Assembly: GCF_000011805.1 (NCBI RefSeq)
Contig: NC_006841.2
Length of the DNA stretch: 32,000 bases
Origin: Aliivibrio fischeri ES114
GTDB taxonomy: Bacteria; Pseudomonadota; Gammaproteobacteria; Enterobacterales; Vibrionaceae
Strand: one strand, 5' to 3'
Made by a program: the position numbers and the translations under genes. Each line of letters starts with the position of its first letter. The stretch's first letter is position 1. Positions 18,439 to 26,575 of this stretch are shown in pieces. The notes beneath the pieces are model-generated. The model saw only the letters and a list, made by a program, of their open reading frames with translations, was not told the DNA's origin and ran no database searches.

Positions 18439-18597
18439 AATGGTACCCTCGAAAAAGTCTTTATCTAATACCGATTTAATTATCAGCATTGTTAGGTAAG
18501 TCACACTGGTCAGAGTTGTTTGCTTACTTAAATTGAAGCTTAGCTTAATTTTAACTACAATTTCACAACAAAAACTTAACAATGTGAATTTTACAAG

Positions 18598-20100
18598 ATG
18601 CGACAGTCAAAAAGTATTATTAGACAGAGCCATTTTCTTGGAACAAAAATTCGTAATCTGAGAAAACGCAATCACTTAACGATGGAAGATCTTTCTACTC
18701 GGTGTATTCGAGTGGATCCTGAAAACTCTCCATCAGTCTCGTACCTTTCTATGATCGAAAGAGGAAAGCGTGTTCCTAGCGCTGATATGCTTGAAGTGAT
18801 TGCAACCGTATTTCAAAAAGAAAGCAGTTGGTTTTTAGATAATGAGCCCGAGCCACAAGCGATAACACCTGATAAAGGAAGAAAAGGCGGGATTAGTGGA
18901 ATGGTTCTTGAACCAAGTTTTCTTTTTTCCAATGACATTCTTCAAATTGCAATTCCAGAAATGCTTAATCAAACAGGTGTGACAGGAAGGCAATTTGCTC
19001 ATCTTCTTATACGGGCACACCAAGAAAATAACCAAAATCATTTCCCTGATCTAGAGCGGGCAGCAGAAGAGGTGGGGTTAAAGCAATTGCCTCTGAGCGT
19101 TGAACAAATGATGGATATGGCATTAAAGCATGGGTTAGTTTTAAAGTGGGTGAAGGAAACACCAAAGGCTGTTATTGATGAATTTGGTGTTAATGGAAAA
19201 GAGTTGCTGACCTCTTTTTTTGAACCTCCTTCTACGGTTTATTTAAATGAGATGCTAAAACAGCATTCAACAAGATTGAAATATGATTTAGCCGTTTATA
19301 TTGGCCATTGCGTTTTACATAATAAAGAAGGATTAAAAAGTTCGCTATCTGTAGGAAGTCACCGAGTTTTTGATGAAGAAGTCCATCACACAGACAGTGC
19401 TCTGAATGCACAAGATATACTGCATGCATGGCGTGATTTTGAATCGAGTTTTTTTGCTGGAGCTCTGTTGTGTCCTAAAGTGCCATTTAGACAATTACTT
19501 GACCGGTATGGATATGAAGTTGAGGCTCATCGTTTAGCTGGTGTTTCTCCTTCTGTTGCGATGCGAAGAATGACGGTTGTTTCACCTTATCCTCATTGGC
19601 ATTATTTTGATGCTTATGCTCCAGGAAAACTTAAAGCTGTATACAGAGGTAATGGGATCCCTTTGCCATGGGGTAATATGAAGCAGGTTAGTGACCCATG
19701 TCAGCATTGGGCGGTATTTAGACGATTAACTGAGCCTAAAGAGGGCAGTTCTGCTCAAATTTCGATTTTAAATGTAGGGTCAGAGCCACGAATATATTGC
19801 TGTGAATCAATAAATATGACAGATCCTGCAGGTAATAATAGGGTGTTATGTGCTGGTGTAGATTTAAACCCAGCAATAGAAGCACAAGGTAAAGATGCAG
19901 TTGCTTTAGCTAGGGATCTACAGAAAGCATGTGTAAAAAATGGAGGAGAAAGTTCGATTTCGAAAAGTATTAAACGAGAGCTTATTAGTGTCGCTAAAAT
20001 TTTAAATATAAACTGGATTGAGCGTGGTGTAGAGAGTGATGCTAAAGTGATATGCTCTCGAGGGGCGGTTTGTCCTAGAAAACCTACTTGCTATAAATAA
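18598..20100 (+). CDS. XRE-HTH regulator fused to a degenerate ImmA/IrrE-like core and a Cys-rich C-terminal domain (RamB/PrpR/ScfR-like architecture)
   Basis: The HTH_3-like N-terminus is LGTKIRNLRKRNHLTMEDLSTRC...VSYLSMIERGKRVPSADMLEVIATVF. The central motif YIGHCVLHNKEG has H-C-V-L-H where ImmA/IrrE peptidases have HExxH. The last ~135 aa contain 8 Cys and end VICSRGAVCPRKPTCYK. Confidence 0.85.
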   Translation: MRQSKSIIRQSHFLGTKIRNLRKRNHLTMEDLSTRCIRVDPENSPSVSYLSMIERGKRVPSADMLEVIATVFQKESSWFLDNEPEPQAITPDKGRKGGISGMVLEPSFLFSNDILQIAIPEMLNQTGVTGRQFAHLLIRAHQENNQNHFPDLERAAEEVGLKQLPLSVEQMMDMALKHGLVLKWVKETPKAVIDEFGVNGKELLTSFFEPPSTVYLNEMLKQHSTRLKYDLAVYIGHCVLHNKEGLKSSLSVGSHRVFDEEVHHTDSALNAQDILHAWRDFESSFFAGALLCPKVPFRQLLDRYGYEVEAHRLAGVSPSVAMRRMTVVSPYPHWHYFDAYAPGKLKAVYRGNGIPLPWGNMKQVSDPCQHWAVFRRLTEPKEGSSAQISILNVGSEPRIYCCESINMTDPAGNNRVLCAGVDLNPAIEAQGKDAVALARDLQKACVKNGGESSISKSIKRELISVAKILNINWIERGVESDAKVICSRGAVCPRKPTCYK

Positions 20101-20133
20101 TAGCCGTTACTGATTGATTTAACGGCTATTTTT
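20099..20133 (+). terminator. rho-independent terminator of the 500-aa regulator gene
   Basis: 11-bp stem aatagccgtta (20099-20109) and taacggctatt (20120-20130), overlapping the TAA stop and followed by ttttt. Confidence 0.7.
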
Positions 20134-20137
20134 AATT

Positions 20138-21238
20138 TTAGCTATACTGATATACTAAGTAAGATAATCCAGATTCTGTATTGTAAAATAAGGATACATC
20201 GTCATCTATTGGAAATAATAAAATGTTTAACCCAGTTGTGGGATATTGAAATAAGTTTTTATATGCAACCGCTTTTTTAGGATCAGATATAGAGCCAACA
20301 TAACTTGCACAGTCACCTTCATTGCACTCAAGGAAAGGTTTTTCCGGTTCTCTAGTGTATGAGCATTGTCCTGCAAACCCAGTTTCATCAATAACAATAG
20401 ATACTTTATTATAAACGTATTTATTATTTCTTTGCTTCAAGTTGTAATTAGCAATTACTTGTCCACTGTAATAATTATCATTTTCACTTTTGACTCCTAT
20501 TCGGGCTGCATAGTTAAATCGAATAGGGTTTGTATTTAATTCATCTTTATACATTGTTTCTGCGAACTTAACATCTTGAATATATTGAGTTATAACAGTA
20601 TTTGATTCATTGTTTTGTAAAAATATAATTTTATTGTATGTTAAATCACAGTGCGTTCCAATTTGTCGACAAGCTGATATGTTTAAGTTATTTGGTTGTC
20701 GGTTTATGTAATAAGTTGTGTTACTTCTTAAAACAGTTGGATCAAAGATAAATGGTAGCGAATCACTTGTTTGAAATACATTTGGCATTAACTCTTCTAT
20801 TTTTATTTCATCACTGCTTTTCGTATTTAATATATGTTTTTCAAAAGCGACTAGAGATAAACAAAAGGAAATAATAATAGTAATTGATAAAAACAAATGA
20901 TTCTTATTTAGCTTTCTTTTTTCGAAAAAAGTACCGTTAACATCTGCTTTATAGCCTTTTTTCTTAACAGTTTCAATTAGATATATTTCATTGTAGTGTA
21001 ATTTTTTGCGTAAAACTGAAATCGTCTGTGGTACAACACCTATATTGCTTGCTGTTCCTTCCCAAACATGAGTAAAGATTTCATCTTTTGAGAAAACCTT
21101 ATTTGGAGAGGTTAAAAGTAATTTTAAAATTTTTGATTCACTATGAGTCAGCTTGATTGTGCAATCGTTCTTAATTATTTGGTTTGTTTTTGGATTAAAC
21201 GTTATATCTTTAAATCGTATAAGATTTTTATTGAGCAT
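20138..21238 (-). CDS. ToxR/CadC-type membrane-anchored one-component transcriptional regulator, paralogue 2
   Basis: Same architecture as 3794..4957. Winged helix: KLTHSESKILKLLLTSPNKVFSKDEIFTHVW...VVPQTISVLRKKL...VKKKGYKA. One TM helix: LFLSITIIISFCLSLVAF. The periplasmic domain is colinear with paralogue 1 (NVFQTSDSLPFIFDP vs NIYQTSNSKPVVINP; SACRQIGTHCDLTYNKIIF vs SACKMTNQECSSIYNKIFF; YSGQVIANYN vs YSGHVFINYD). Confidence 0.8.
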   Translation of the reverse strand: MLNKNLIRFKDITFNPKTNQIIKNDCTIKLTHSESKILKLLLTSPNKVFSKDEIFTHVWEGTASNIGVVPQTISVLRKKLHYNEIYLIETVKKKGYKADVNGTFFEKRKLNKNHLFLSITIIISFCLSLVAFEKHILNTKSSDEIKIEELMPNVFQTSDSLPFIFDPTVLRSNTTYYINRQPNNLNISACRQIGTHCDLTYNKIIFLQNNESNTVITQYIQDVKFAETMYKDELNTNPIRFNYAARIGVKSENDNYYSGQVIANYNLKQRNNKYVYNKVSIVIDETGFAGQCSYTREPEKPFLECNEGDCASYVGSISDPKKAVAYKNLFQYPTTGLNILLFPIDDDVSLFYNTESGLSYLVYQYS

Positions 21239-21597
21239 TATGTAACCTAAGAGAAGGAAACTGAAAAACTAAAAGGATTATTAATATTATTGTTGTTATA
21301 ACAGCAAGCATATCAAGAAAGAAACTTCATTATCAATAAATAAACCAAAATCAACCATGAATGTTTTCTATTGTTACGATAAAAAAAGCAAATCATTTAA
21401 CCTTTTGATTTAAAAGGAGTTGTTTTTGTTGTGGTAATATTAAGAATAATTATTCTCACTTATTGTCAGTTTACACAAAAATTATCAATATAATTATCGA
21501 GGAAAAGAATTACATGTTGGTTTTTGGTGAGGATTATTATTTCAATAAAATAATAAAAATATAAAGATGTGTATGAGGTGTTAAGATAAATGAAAAT

Positions 21598-21641
21598 GGC
21601 ACTTATATTATGATTTAGTATGAGATGAAAATATAAGTACC
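21598..21641 (-). terminator. possible terminator hairpin downstream of the kefC-like gene
   Basis: 12-bp stem with one mismatch, ggcacttatatt (21598-21609) and aatataagtacc (21630-21641), and a long 20-nt loop. On the - strand it is followed by attttcattt. Confidence 0.4.
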
Positions 21642-21667
21642 ATTATTAATTTAATTAAAGGTTGGTT

Positions 21668-23584
21668 TTATTCATCAATATCATCTGCATAACCTTTTGG
21701 TGGCGGAGTCCAAGCTCGTTCAGATTGATTGTGTTTATCTGAGCGATCCTTACTCATTGCGTGTTTAATCGTTCCTTCTAATTCAATGAAAAGCTTACGG
21801 TAGTTATTATCAAAACGCTCACCTTCAGAATCGTCTAACCATGCTTGATAAAGTTTATCTGAACTTTGATTTTCTACTTTTTTGTATGCTATTTTTTGTT
21901 GCTCTACATGAAACGGGTGTTGTCCTAGATTACGCATGGCTTCAGCACCCATTTCAAGTGCTGAGCGGGTGGTTTCTGATTCAATGAAATCAGCACCAGC
22001 ACAACGAAGCATATATGAGTGGCCTCTATCAAAAGCACGTGCGAGTATTTTTACTTTTGGATACGTGTGCTTGACGTATTTAACCAGTTCTATACTGCTT
22101 TCTTGATTATCAATAGCTACAACAAGCATGGCAGCGTGCTCAATTCCTGCTGTGTGAAGTAAATCAGGGCGAGTTGCATCGCCAAAGTAACTTTTGGTAT
22201 TTACTTTTCTTAAAGAATCGACTTGATCTGCTTGATGATCGAGTACAACAGTATTTACATGATTAGATACTAAGAAACGGTTGACGACTTGGCCGAACCG
22301 ACCGCCACCAGCAATAATTACCGTGCCTTTTTCTTCAATTGTGTCACTTTCTCTTTCATTTGATTGTTGTTCAAATTTAGGCAGAATTACTTTATCAAAT
22401 AAGATAAATAAACCTGGGGTAAAGAACATAGAAAGAGCAACAACCAATGACAATGGTTGAGCGACTTCTTGTGGTAATACATGGTTTTGAACGGTAAAAC
22501 TTAATAAAACAAACCCAAATTCCCCTGCTTGCGCTAGGCTAAGCGTAAATAACCAACGGTTACTGTTTTTGATCTTAAAGATCAGAGCTAATATATATAA
22601 AACAGCCGCTTTTAGTACCATGACACCGATTGTTAAACCGATGATTAAGAAGAAATCATTAAATAGAATACCAAAATCGATTCCTGCACCTACGGTAATG
22701 AAGAATAATCCCAATAAAAGCCCTTTAAATGGATCTATGTTGGATTCAAGTTCATGTCTAAATTCTGAGTTTGCTAAAACAACACCAGCAAGGAAAGTAC
22801 CTAGAGCTGGAGATAGGCCGACTAAACTCATTAAGGCTGCAATACCAATAACAAGCATGAGTGCTGTTGCTGTGAATATTTCTCTAAGTCCAGAGCTTGC
22901 TACAAAGCGAAATAGAGGACGACTTAAATAATGACCGCCAACGACAACTAATGCGATGGATGCGGTAATCACTAGCCCATATGCCCAACCAGGAAGACCT
23001 GCAACGAGGGTTAATTCTTCATGATGCTCAGCAGCGGTTGCGGCTGCCAATTGCGCTTTTGCTACTAATTCAGGTAAAGCTAATAGTGGAATAAAAGCTA
23101 GCATTGGGATCACAGCAATATCTTGAAAAAGTAATACCGAGAAAGCATTTTGGCCGCCTTCTGTTTTGGCCAATCCTTTTTCATTGAATGTTTGCAATAC
23201 TATCGCTGTGGATGATAGGGCAAAGATTAGGCCAATGGTCAGTGCAATAGTCCATGATTGGCCGAAGAACATAGCAAGACCCATTACGACCGCTGTAGTG
23301 CCGACCACTTGCAGTCCTCCTAATCCCATGAGACGGTTACGCATATTCCATAGCATTTTAGGTTCAAGTTCTAAACCGACAAGAAATAGCATCATAACAA
23401 CGCCAAATTCGGCAAAATGTTGAATAGTCGTTGTTTCTTCGCCAACAAGACCAATGATTGGTCCTATAACCACCCCTGCAATTAAGTAACCAAGAACAGA
23501 ACCAAGTCCTAGACGTTTAGCGATTGGTACAGCAATAACAGCAGCAACAAGGTAGATAAAAGCTTGTAAAAAATATCCAGTCAT
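21668..23584 (-). CDS. kefC: glutathione-regulated K+ efflux / CPA2 cation:proton antiporter (KefB/KefC family)
   Basis: The N-terminus LQAFIYLVAAVIAVPIAKRLGLGSVLGYLIAGVVIGP and FSVLLFQDIAVIPMLAFIPLLA match the Kef signature. A C-terminal KTN/Rossmann domain is present (VIIAGGGRFGQVV). It lies immediately downstream of a KefF/KefG-type gene. The KefB versus KefC assignment is not certain. Confidence 0.88.
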   Translation of the reverse strand: MTGYFLQAFIYLVAAVIAVPIAKRLGLGSVLGYLIAGVVIGPIIGLVGEETTTIQHFAEFGVVMMLFLVGLELEPKMLWNMRNRLMGLGGLQVVGTTAVVMGLAMFFGQSWTIALTIGLIFALSSTAIVLQTFNEKGLAKTEGGQNAFSVLLFQDIAVIPMLAFIPLLALPELVAKAQLAAATAAEHHEELTLVAGLPGWAYGLVITASIALVVVGGHYLSRPLFRFVASSGLREIFTATALMLVIGIAALMSLVGLSPALGTFLAGVVLANSEFRHELESNIDPFKGLLLGLFFITVGAGIDFGILFNDFFLIIGLTIGVMVLKAAVLYILALIFKIKNSNRWLFTLSLAQAGEFGFVLLSFTVQNHVLPQEVAQPLSLVVALSMFFTPGLFILFDKVILPKFEQQSNERESDTIEEKGTVIIAGGGRFGQVVNRFLVSNHVNTVVLDHQADQVDSLRKVNTKSYFGDATRPDLLHTAGIEHAAMLVVAIDNQESSIELVKYVKHTYPKVKILARAFDRGHSYMLRCAGADFIESETTRSALEMGAEAMRNLGQHPFHVEQQKIAYKKVENQSSDKLYQAWLDDSEGERFDNNYRKLFIELEGTIKHAMSKDRSDKHNQSERAWTPPPKGYADDIDE

Positions 23585-23591
23585 AATGCTT

Positions 23592-24209
23592 TTATTCCTT
23601 AATAAATTTATCGAATGAGTGGTTTAGTTTGGGTAACGTTTTTGCTACCTCAGTATCAACACGATTTTCAATTAATGCGGACAGTAAGACTTTAAAGCGC
23701 TCAGTATGTCTTTCAATACGGTCATCTTCTAACGCGGTTCTAGCGCCAAATAGCACTAATGGAGCGATATACTCCATATGAGTTAGTGAGGCCATCTGTT
23801 CAAGCGGATGTAGGAGTTCACGGATAGTGAATTGATTATATCCATTGGTTTGATAAGCCTCTTCCTTACCTCCAGCAGTGATAGCACATAGAAAGGTTTT
23901 TCCTTTTAGTGCATTACCGTCTGTACCATAAGCAAAACCGTACTCTAAAACCATATCTTGCCACTCTTTTAAAATAGCTGGGGTTGAGTACCAATAAAGC
24001 GGAAATTGAAAGATAATAACATCATGATCTAAAAGTTGTTTTTGTTCTTTATCGATATCAATATTGAATTTTGGATAATCATGGTACAAATCGACAACAG
24101 TGACATGCTCAATTTTTTTAGCTTGTTTAATTAATGCCACATTAACTTCAGAGCGGTGTTGAGAAGGATGAGCGAATAAAATCAGTACTTTTTTAGCCGG
24201 GCTTGTCAT
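23592..24209 (-). CDS. kefG: KefF/KefG-type flavodoxin-like NAD(P)H oxidoreductase, ancillary subunit of the Kef system
   Basis: Contains PAKKVLILFAHPSQHRS...VTVVDLYHDYPKFNIDIDKEQKQLL...FQFPLYWYSTPAILKEW, the KefG/KefF pattern. Its stop is 7 nt upstream of the kefC-like start, so the two form an operon. Confidence 0.85.
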   Translation of the reverse strand: MTSPAKKVLILFAHPSQHRSEVNVALIKQAKKIEHVTVVDLYHDYPKFNIDIDKEQKQLLDHDVIIFQFPLYWYSTPAILKEWQDMVLEYGFAYGTDGNALKGKTFLCAITAGGKEEAYQTNGYNQFTIRELLHPLEQMASLTHMEYIAPLVLFGARTALEDDRIERHTERFKVLLSALIENRVDTEVAKTLPKLNHSFDKFIKE

Positions 24210-24324
24210 AAAACCTCTTTGTATTATTTAAGTTATTGTATTTATGTTTACATGATAGCAAGAAAATATAATAGAAATGTTTTTCAGCTTGTAAATTTTG
24301 CATAAATTATAACAATTAGGGTGT

Positions 24325-24654
24325 TTAATGTACGTGAGGCGTAGATGATAGGTTAATTATCGCAATGCCAATACTGATAAATCCAATACCTAACCAAATT
24401 TTATTGTCTAAATGTTGATGATAAAATGCACTTGAAATCAGCGTTACCGCAATGATTGCTAATCCCGCCCATGATGCGTGAGCAATTCCTACAGGTAATG
24501 TCTTCATTGCTTGACTAAGAAAATAAAAAGCACCTAGATGACCAGTAATTACAATGACATTTGGTATTAGGTGTGAAAGACCATCGGTTGCTTTAAGTGC
24601 AACGTGTGAAAATGCTTCTGAAGCAACTGCAAGAAGAAGAAAAAGCCATCCCAT
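24325..24654 (-). CDS. small multidrug resistance (SMR/EmrE-SugE family) transporter
   Basis: 109 aa with four hydrophobic helices. The conserved membrane-embedded Glu of TM1 is present (LLLAVASEAFSHVALKAT). AGGA SD before the ATG. Confidence 0.85.
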   Translation of the reverse strand: MGWLFLLLAVASEAFSHVALKATDGLSHLIPNVIVITGHLGAFYFLSQAMKTLPVGIAHASWAGLAIIAVTLISSAFYHQHLDNKIWLGIGFISIGIAIINLSSTPHVH

Positions 24655-24781
24655 TTTATTAATTCCTATTTAGCGGTGTTGGTAAGTAGGTGTAGTATAG
24701 TTATTTCAAATTTAATGATAATAGCTAATAGAATTAATTACTTTTACGTGAGTGTAATAATAGGTGGATTGAAGAGGAGTC

Positions 24782-24806
24782 GGCTCAATATTAATGATAT
24801 TGAGCC
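24782..24806 (-). terminator. hairpin immediately downstream of the S4-domain gene (possible terminator)
   Basis: 10-bp perfect stem ggctcaatat (24782-24791) and atattgagcc (24797-24806). There is no U-tract on the - strand. Confidence 0.4.
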
Positions 24807-24812
24807 TAATTT

Positions 24813-25220
24813 TTAGAAGAAGTTAATTGAGCGACGACCACTCTCAGGATCAACGGTGGTTGGTTGATCTTGTTTTTGTTTTTTCTTCTTAGTTTTTTTG
24901 GTCTTTGGAGCTGAATACTCAGGTTCGATTTGAGCTGGTTGAGGATTTTCTTCAATTTCAGGTAGCTCACCAACAGGAGTGTCACAAATTACAACGTAGT
25001 ATTCTTCATTGAATTCAATGACATCGCCATCATACATTTTTCGACGTTTACGTTGTTCTAGTTCACCATTAACGCCAACATAGCCTTCGCCAATAACATG
25101 TTTAGCTTCACCGCCACCACTAACAACGTTAGCAATTTTTAGGACTTTATATAGCTCGATAGGTTGAACATTCACTTCAACACCAATGGCTTCAACTTCA
25201 AATTCTTCTTGATCTGACAT
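24813..25220 (-). CDS. YbcJ-like S4 RNA-binding domain protein with a long acidic/polylysine C-terminal extension
   Basis: The core ELYKVLKIANVVSGGGEAKHVIGEGYVGVNGELEQRKRRKMYDGDVIEF matches the YbcJ/S4 pattern. The probable start is ATG 25220 (MSDQEEF...); the track's TTG at 25241 is less likely. The tail reads ...PKTKKTKKKKQKQDQPTTVDPESGRRSINFF. Confidence 0.8.
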   Translation of the reverse strand: MSDQEEFEVEAIGVEVNVQPIELYKVLKIANVVSGGGEAKHVIGEGYVGVNGELEQRKRRKMYDGDVIEFNEEYYVVICDTPVGELPEIEENPQPAQIEPEYSAPKTKKTKKKKQKQDQPTTVDPESGRRSINFF

Positions 25221-25314
25221 GAGGATCTCTATGATTAGCAATTACACATATTGTAACTGAGAGCGTAAGTGTCGCCTAGGGCTATTTTCAGAAGAGTCAG
25301 GACTTAGTAAAGTA

Positions 25315-25347
25315 AAAACGGTGCTGTATTATTAGCACCGTTTTATT
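25315..25347 (-). terminator. rho-independent terminator after the YcbX-like gene
   Basis: 11-bp stem aaaacggtgct (25315-25325) and agcaccgtttt (25334-25344), flanked by A/T runs, 6 nt downstream of the stop at 25353. Confidence 0.7.
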
Positions 25348-25352
25348 AAGAG

Positions 25353-26501
25353 TTAATCAACTATTTCAACATCTGTTTTAGGAACAGAGCAACAAGCCAG
25401 TATCATTCCTGCCTCTTTTAATTTTTGATTAAGAGCTGGGGAATCTTCTTGCTCAACCTCTCCTGATTCTAATGTTACTCGACAAGCACCACATAAACCG
25501 GCACGACAGCTGTTATTTATGCTTAATCCTGCCTCTTCGACTTGCATAAGGAGCGGTTGCTCCGTATTACCCGTGAATAAGTGACCATTTAAGCTGATAG
25601 TGATTTCTTCTGGAGTATCCGGTTTTTTACTTGTGTGTGTGATTGCTTTTTCCTCTAGTGCTTCAGAGCTAGAATCAAGGTAAAATTCTTTTTCTTTACT
25701 TTCTAAAACCTCAATCTTATCACCTAGCTTAATTGTGCCTTCATTTTTGGCAATGAGGTTTTGCCCAAAATACACATTGCCACTTTCATCAGCGCGGAAA
25801 GTTGAGAACGTTTTTAAAGGTTCTTTATCTGGGTGATATTGTGCCGTTCTTGGGTTTACTGTTGTTAAAATGCAACGTTGGCAAGGTTTTACTATTTCAA
25901 ATTCGACTTCACCAATGCGAATACGCTTCCAAGAATCTTCAATAAAAGCATCATCACCAGAAATCACTAAGTTTGTGCGAAATTGCGACATTGTATGATG
26001 GCTACTACTGCGCTTATTTAGTTCTGCAAGAGAGGCTTCGCTAATGACAAGCAATGGATAACCATCGGCAAAGCTCACGTTTGTTTGGATTTTTTCACGG
26101 ATACGATTTGATTGCTCACCAGTATAAAGTAATTGCGCATCTGTTGATAAAATTGAAGAGAACCATTGATTAGCTTCTTGATTCGTTGAGTAGGCAGAAA
26201 AAGAGTCATTCCATACTTTTGCTTCTGTCTGCTTCATCTCTAATTCATTGAAAGTGAGATGCAAATCAATTAATCCTGGATAGCAAAGAATTAGGCCATC
26301 AGGTTCAATGATCGCACTGATTTTAACCATTTGAGGATGAGTGCGAGCGGTGATCATTTTGCCATTAGGGTCGGTAACCATAAAGCGACGGTCACACTGT
26401 AGTCCTTGCTTTTCAACGTAAGCGCTAGATTGAGATACACCAGCAATTGATTTAACAGGGAAAATATTAATTTGAGATAAAGTTGAAATTGTTTTGCTCA
26501 C
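25353..26501 (-). CDS. YcbX-like protein: MOSC N-terminal beta-barrel, MOSC domain and C-terminal plant-type 2Fe-2S ferredoxin
   Basis: LSQINIFPVKSIAGVS aligns with the YcbX N-terminus. The MOSC core contains the conserved Cys (VKPCQRCILTTVNP). The C-terminal ferredoxin motif is CRAGLCGACRV...LACCS. The start is uncertain: the in-frame GTG near 26501 fits homologue length, and the track's GTG at 26564 adds 21 odd residues (MYLKYFWYTPYFHNTYNTDII). Confidence 0.85.
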   Translation of the reverse strand: MSKTISTLSQINIFPVKSIAGVSQSSAYVEKQGLQCDRRFMVTDPNGKMITARTHPQMVKISAIIEPDGLILCYPGLIDLHLTFNELEMKQTEAKVWNDSFSAYSTNQEANQWFSSILSTDAQLLYTGEQSNRIREKIQTNVSFADGYPLLVISEASLAELNKRSSSHHTMSQFRTNLVISGDDAFIEDSWKRIRIGEVEFEIVKPCQRCILTTVNPRTAQYHPDKEPLKTFSTFRADESGNVYFGQNLIAKNEGTIKLGDKIEVLESKEKEFYLDSSSEALEEKAITHTSKKPDTPEEITISLNGHLFTGNTEQPLLMQVEEAGLSINNSCRAGLCGACRVTLESGEVEQEDSPALNQKLKEAGMILACCSVPKTDVEIVD

Positions 26502-26575
26502 AATGATGTCCGTATTATATGTGTTATGGAAATAAGGAGTGTACCAAAAGTACTTGAGATACACTCTTTCAATGA

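Noticed and set aside
15425-21667. Genomic island or prophage remnant
   Set aside because: There is no integrase, transposase, phage gene, tRNA or flanking direct repeat. I reported it only as a compositional and regulatory oddity.
24655-24812. Guanidine-type riboswitch upstream of the SMR gene
   Set aside because: SMR/Gdx genes often carry ykkC or mini-ykkC leaders. This leader has no paired ACGR-loop hairpins or GC-rich conserved core, only an AT-rich sequence and the terminator hairpin of the neighbouring gene.
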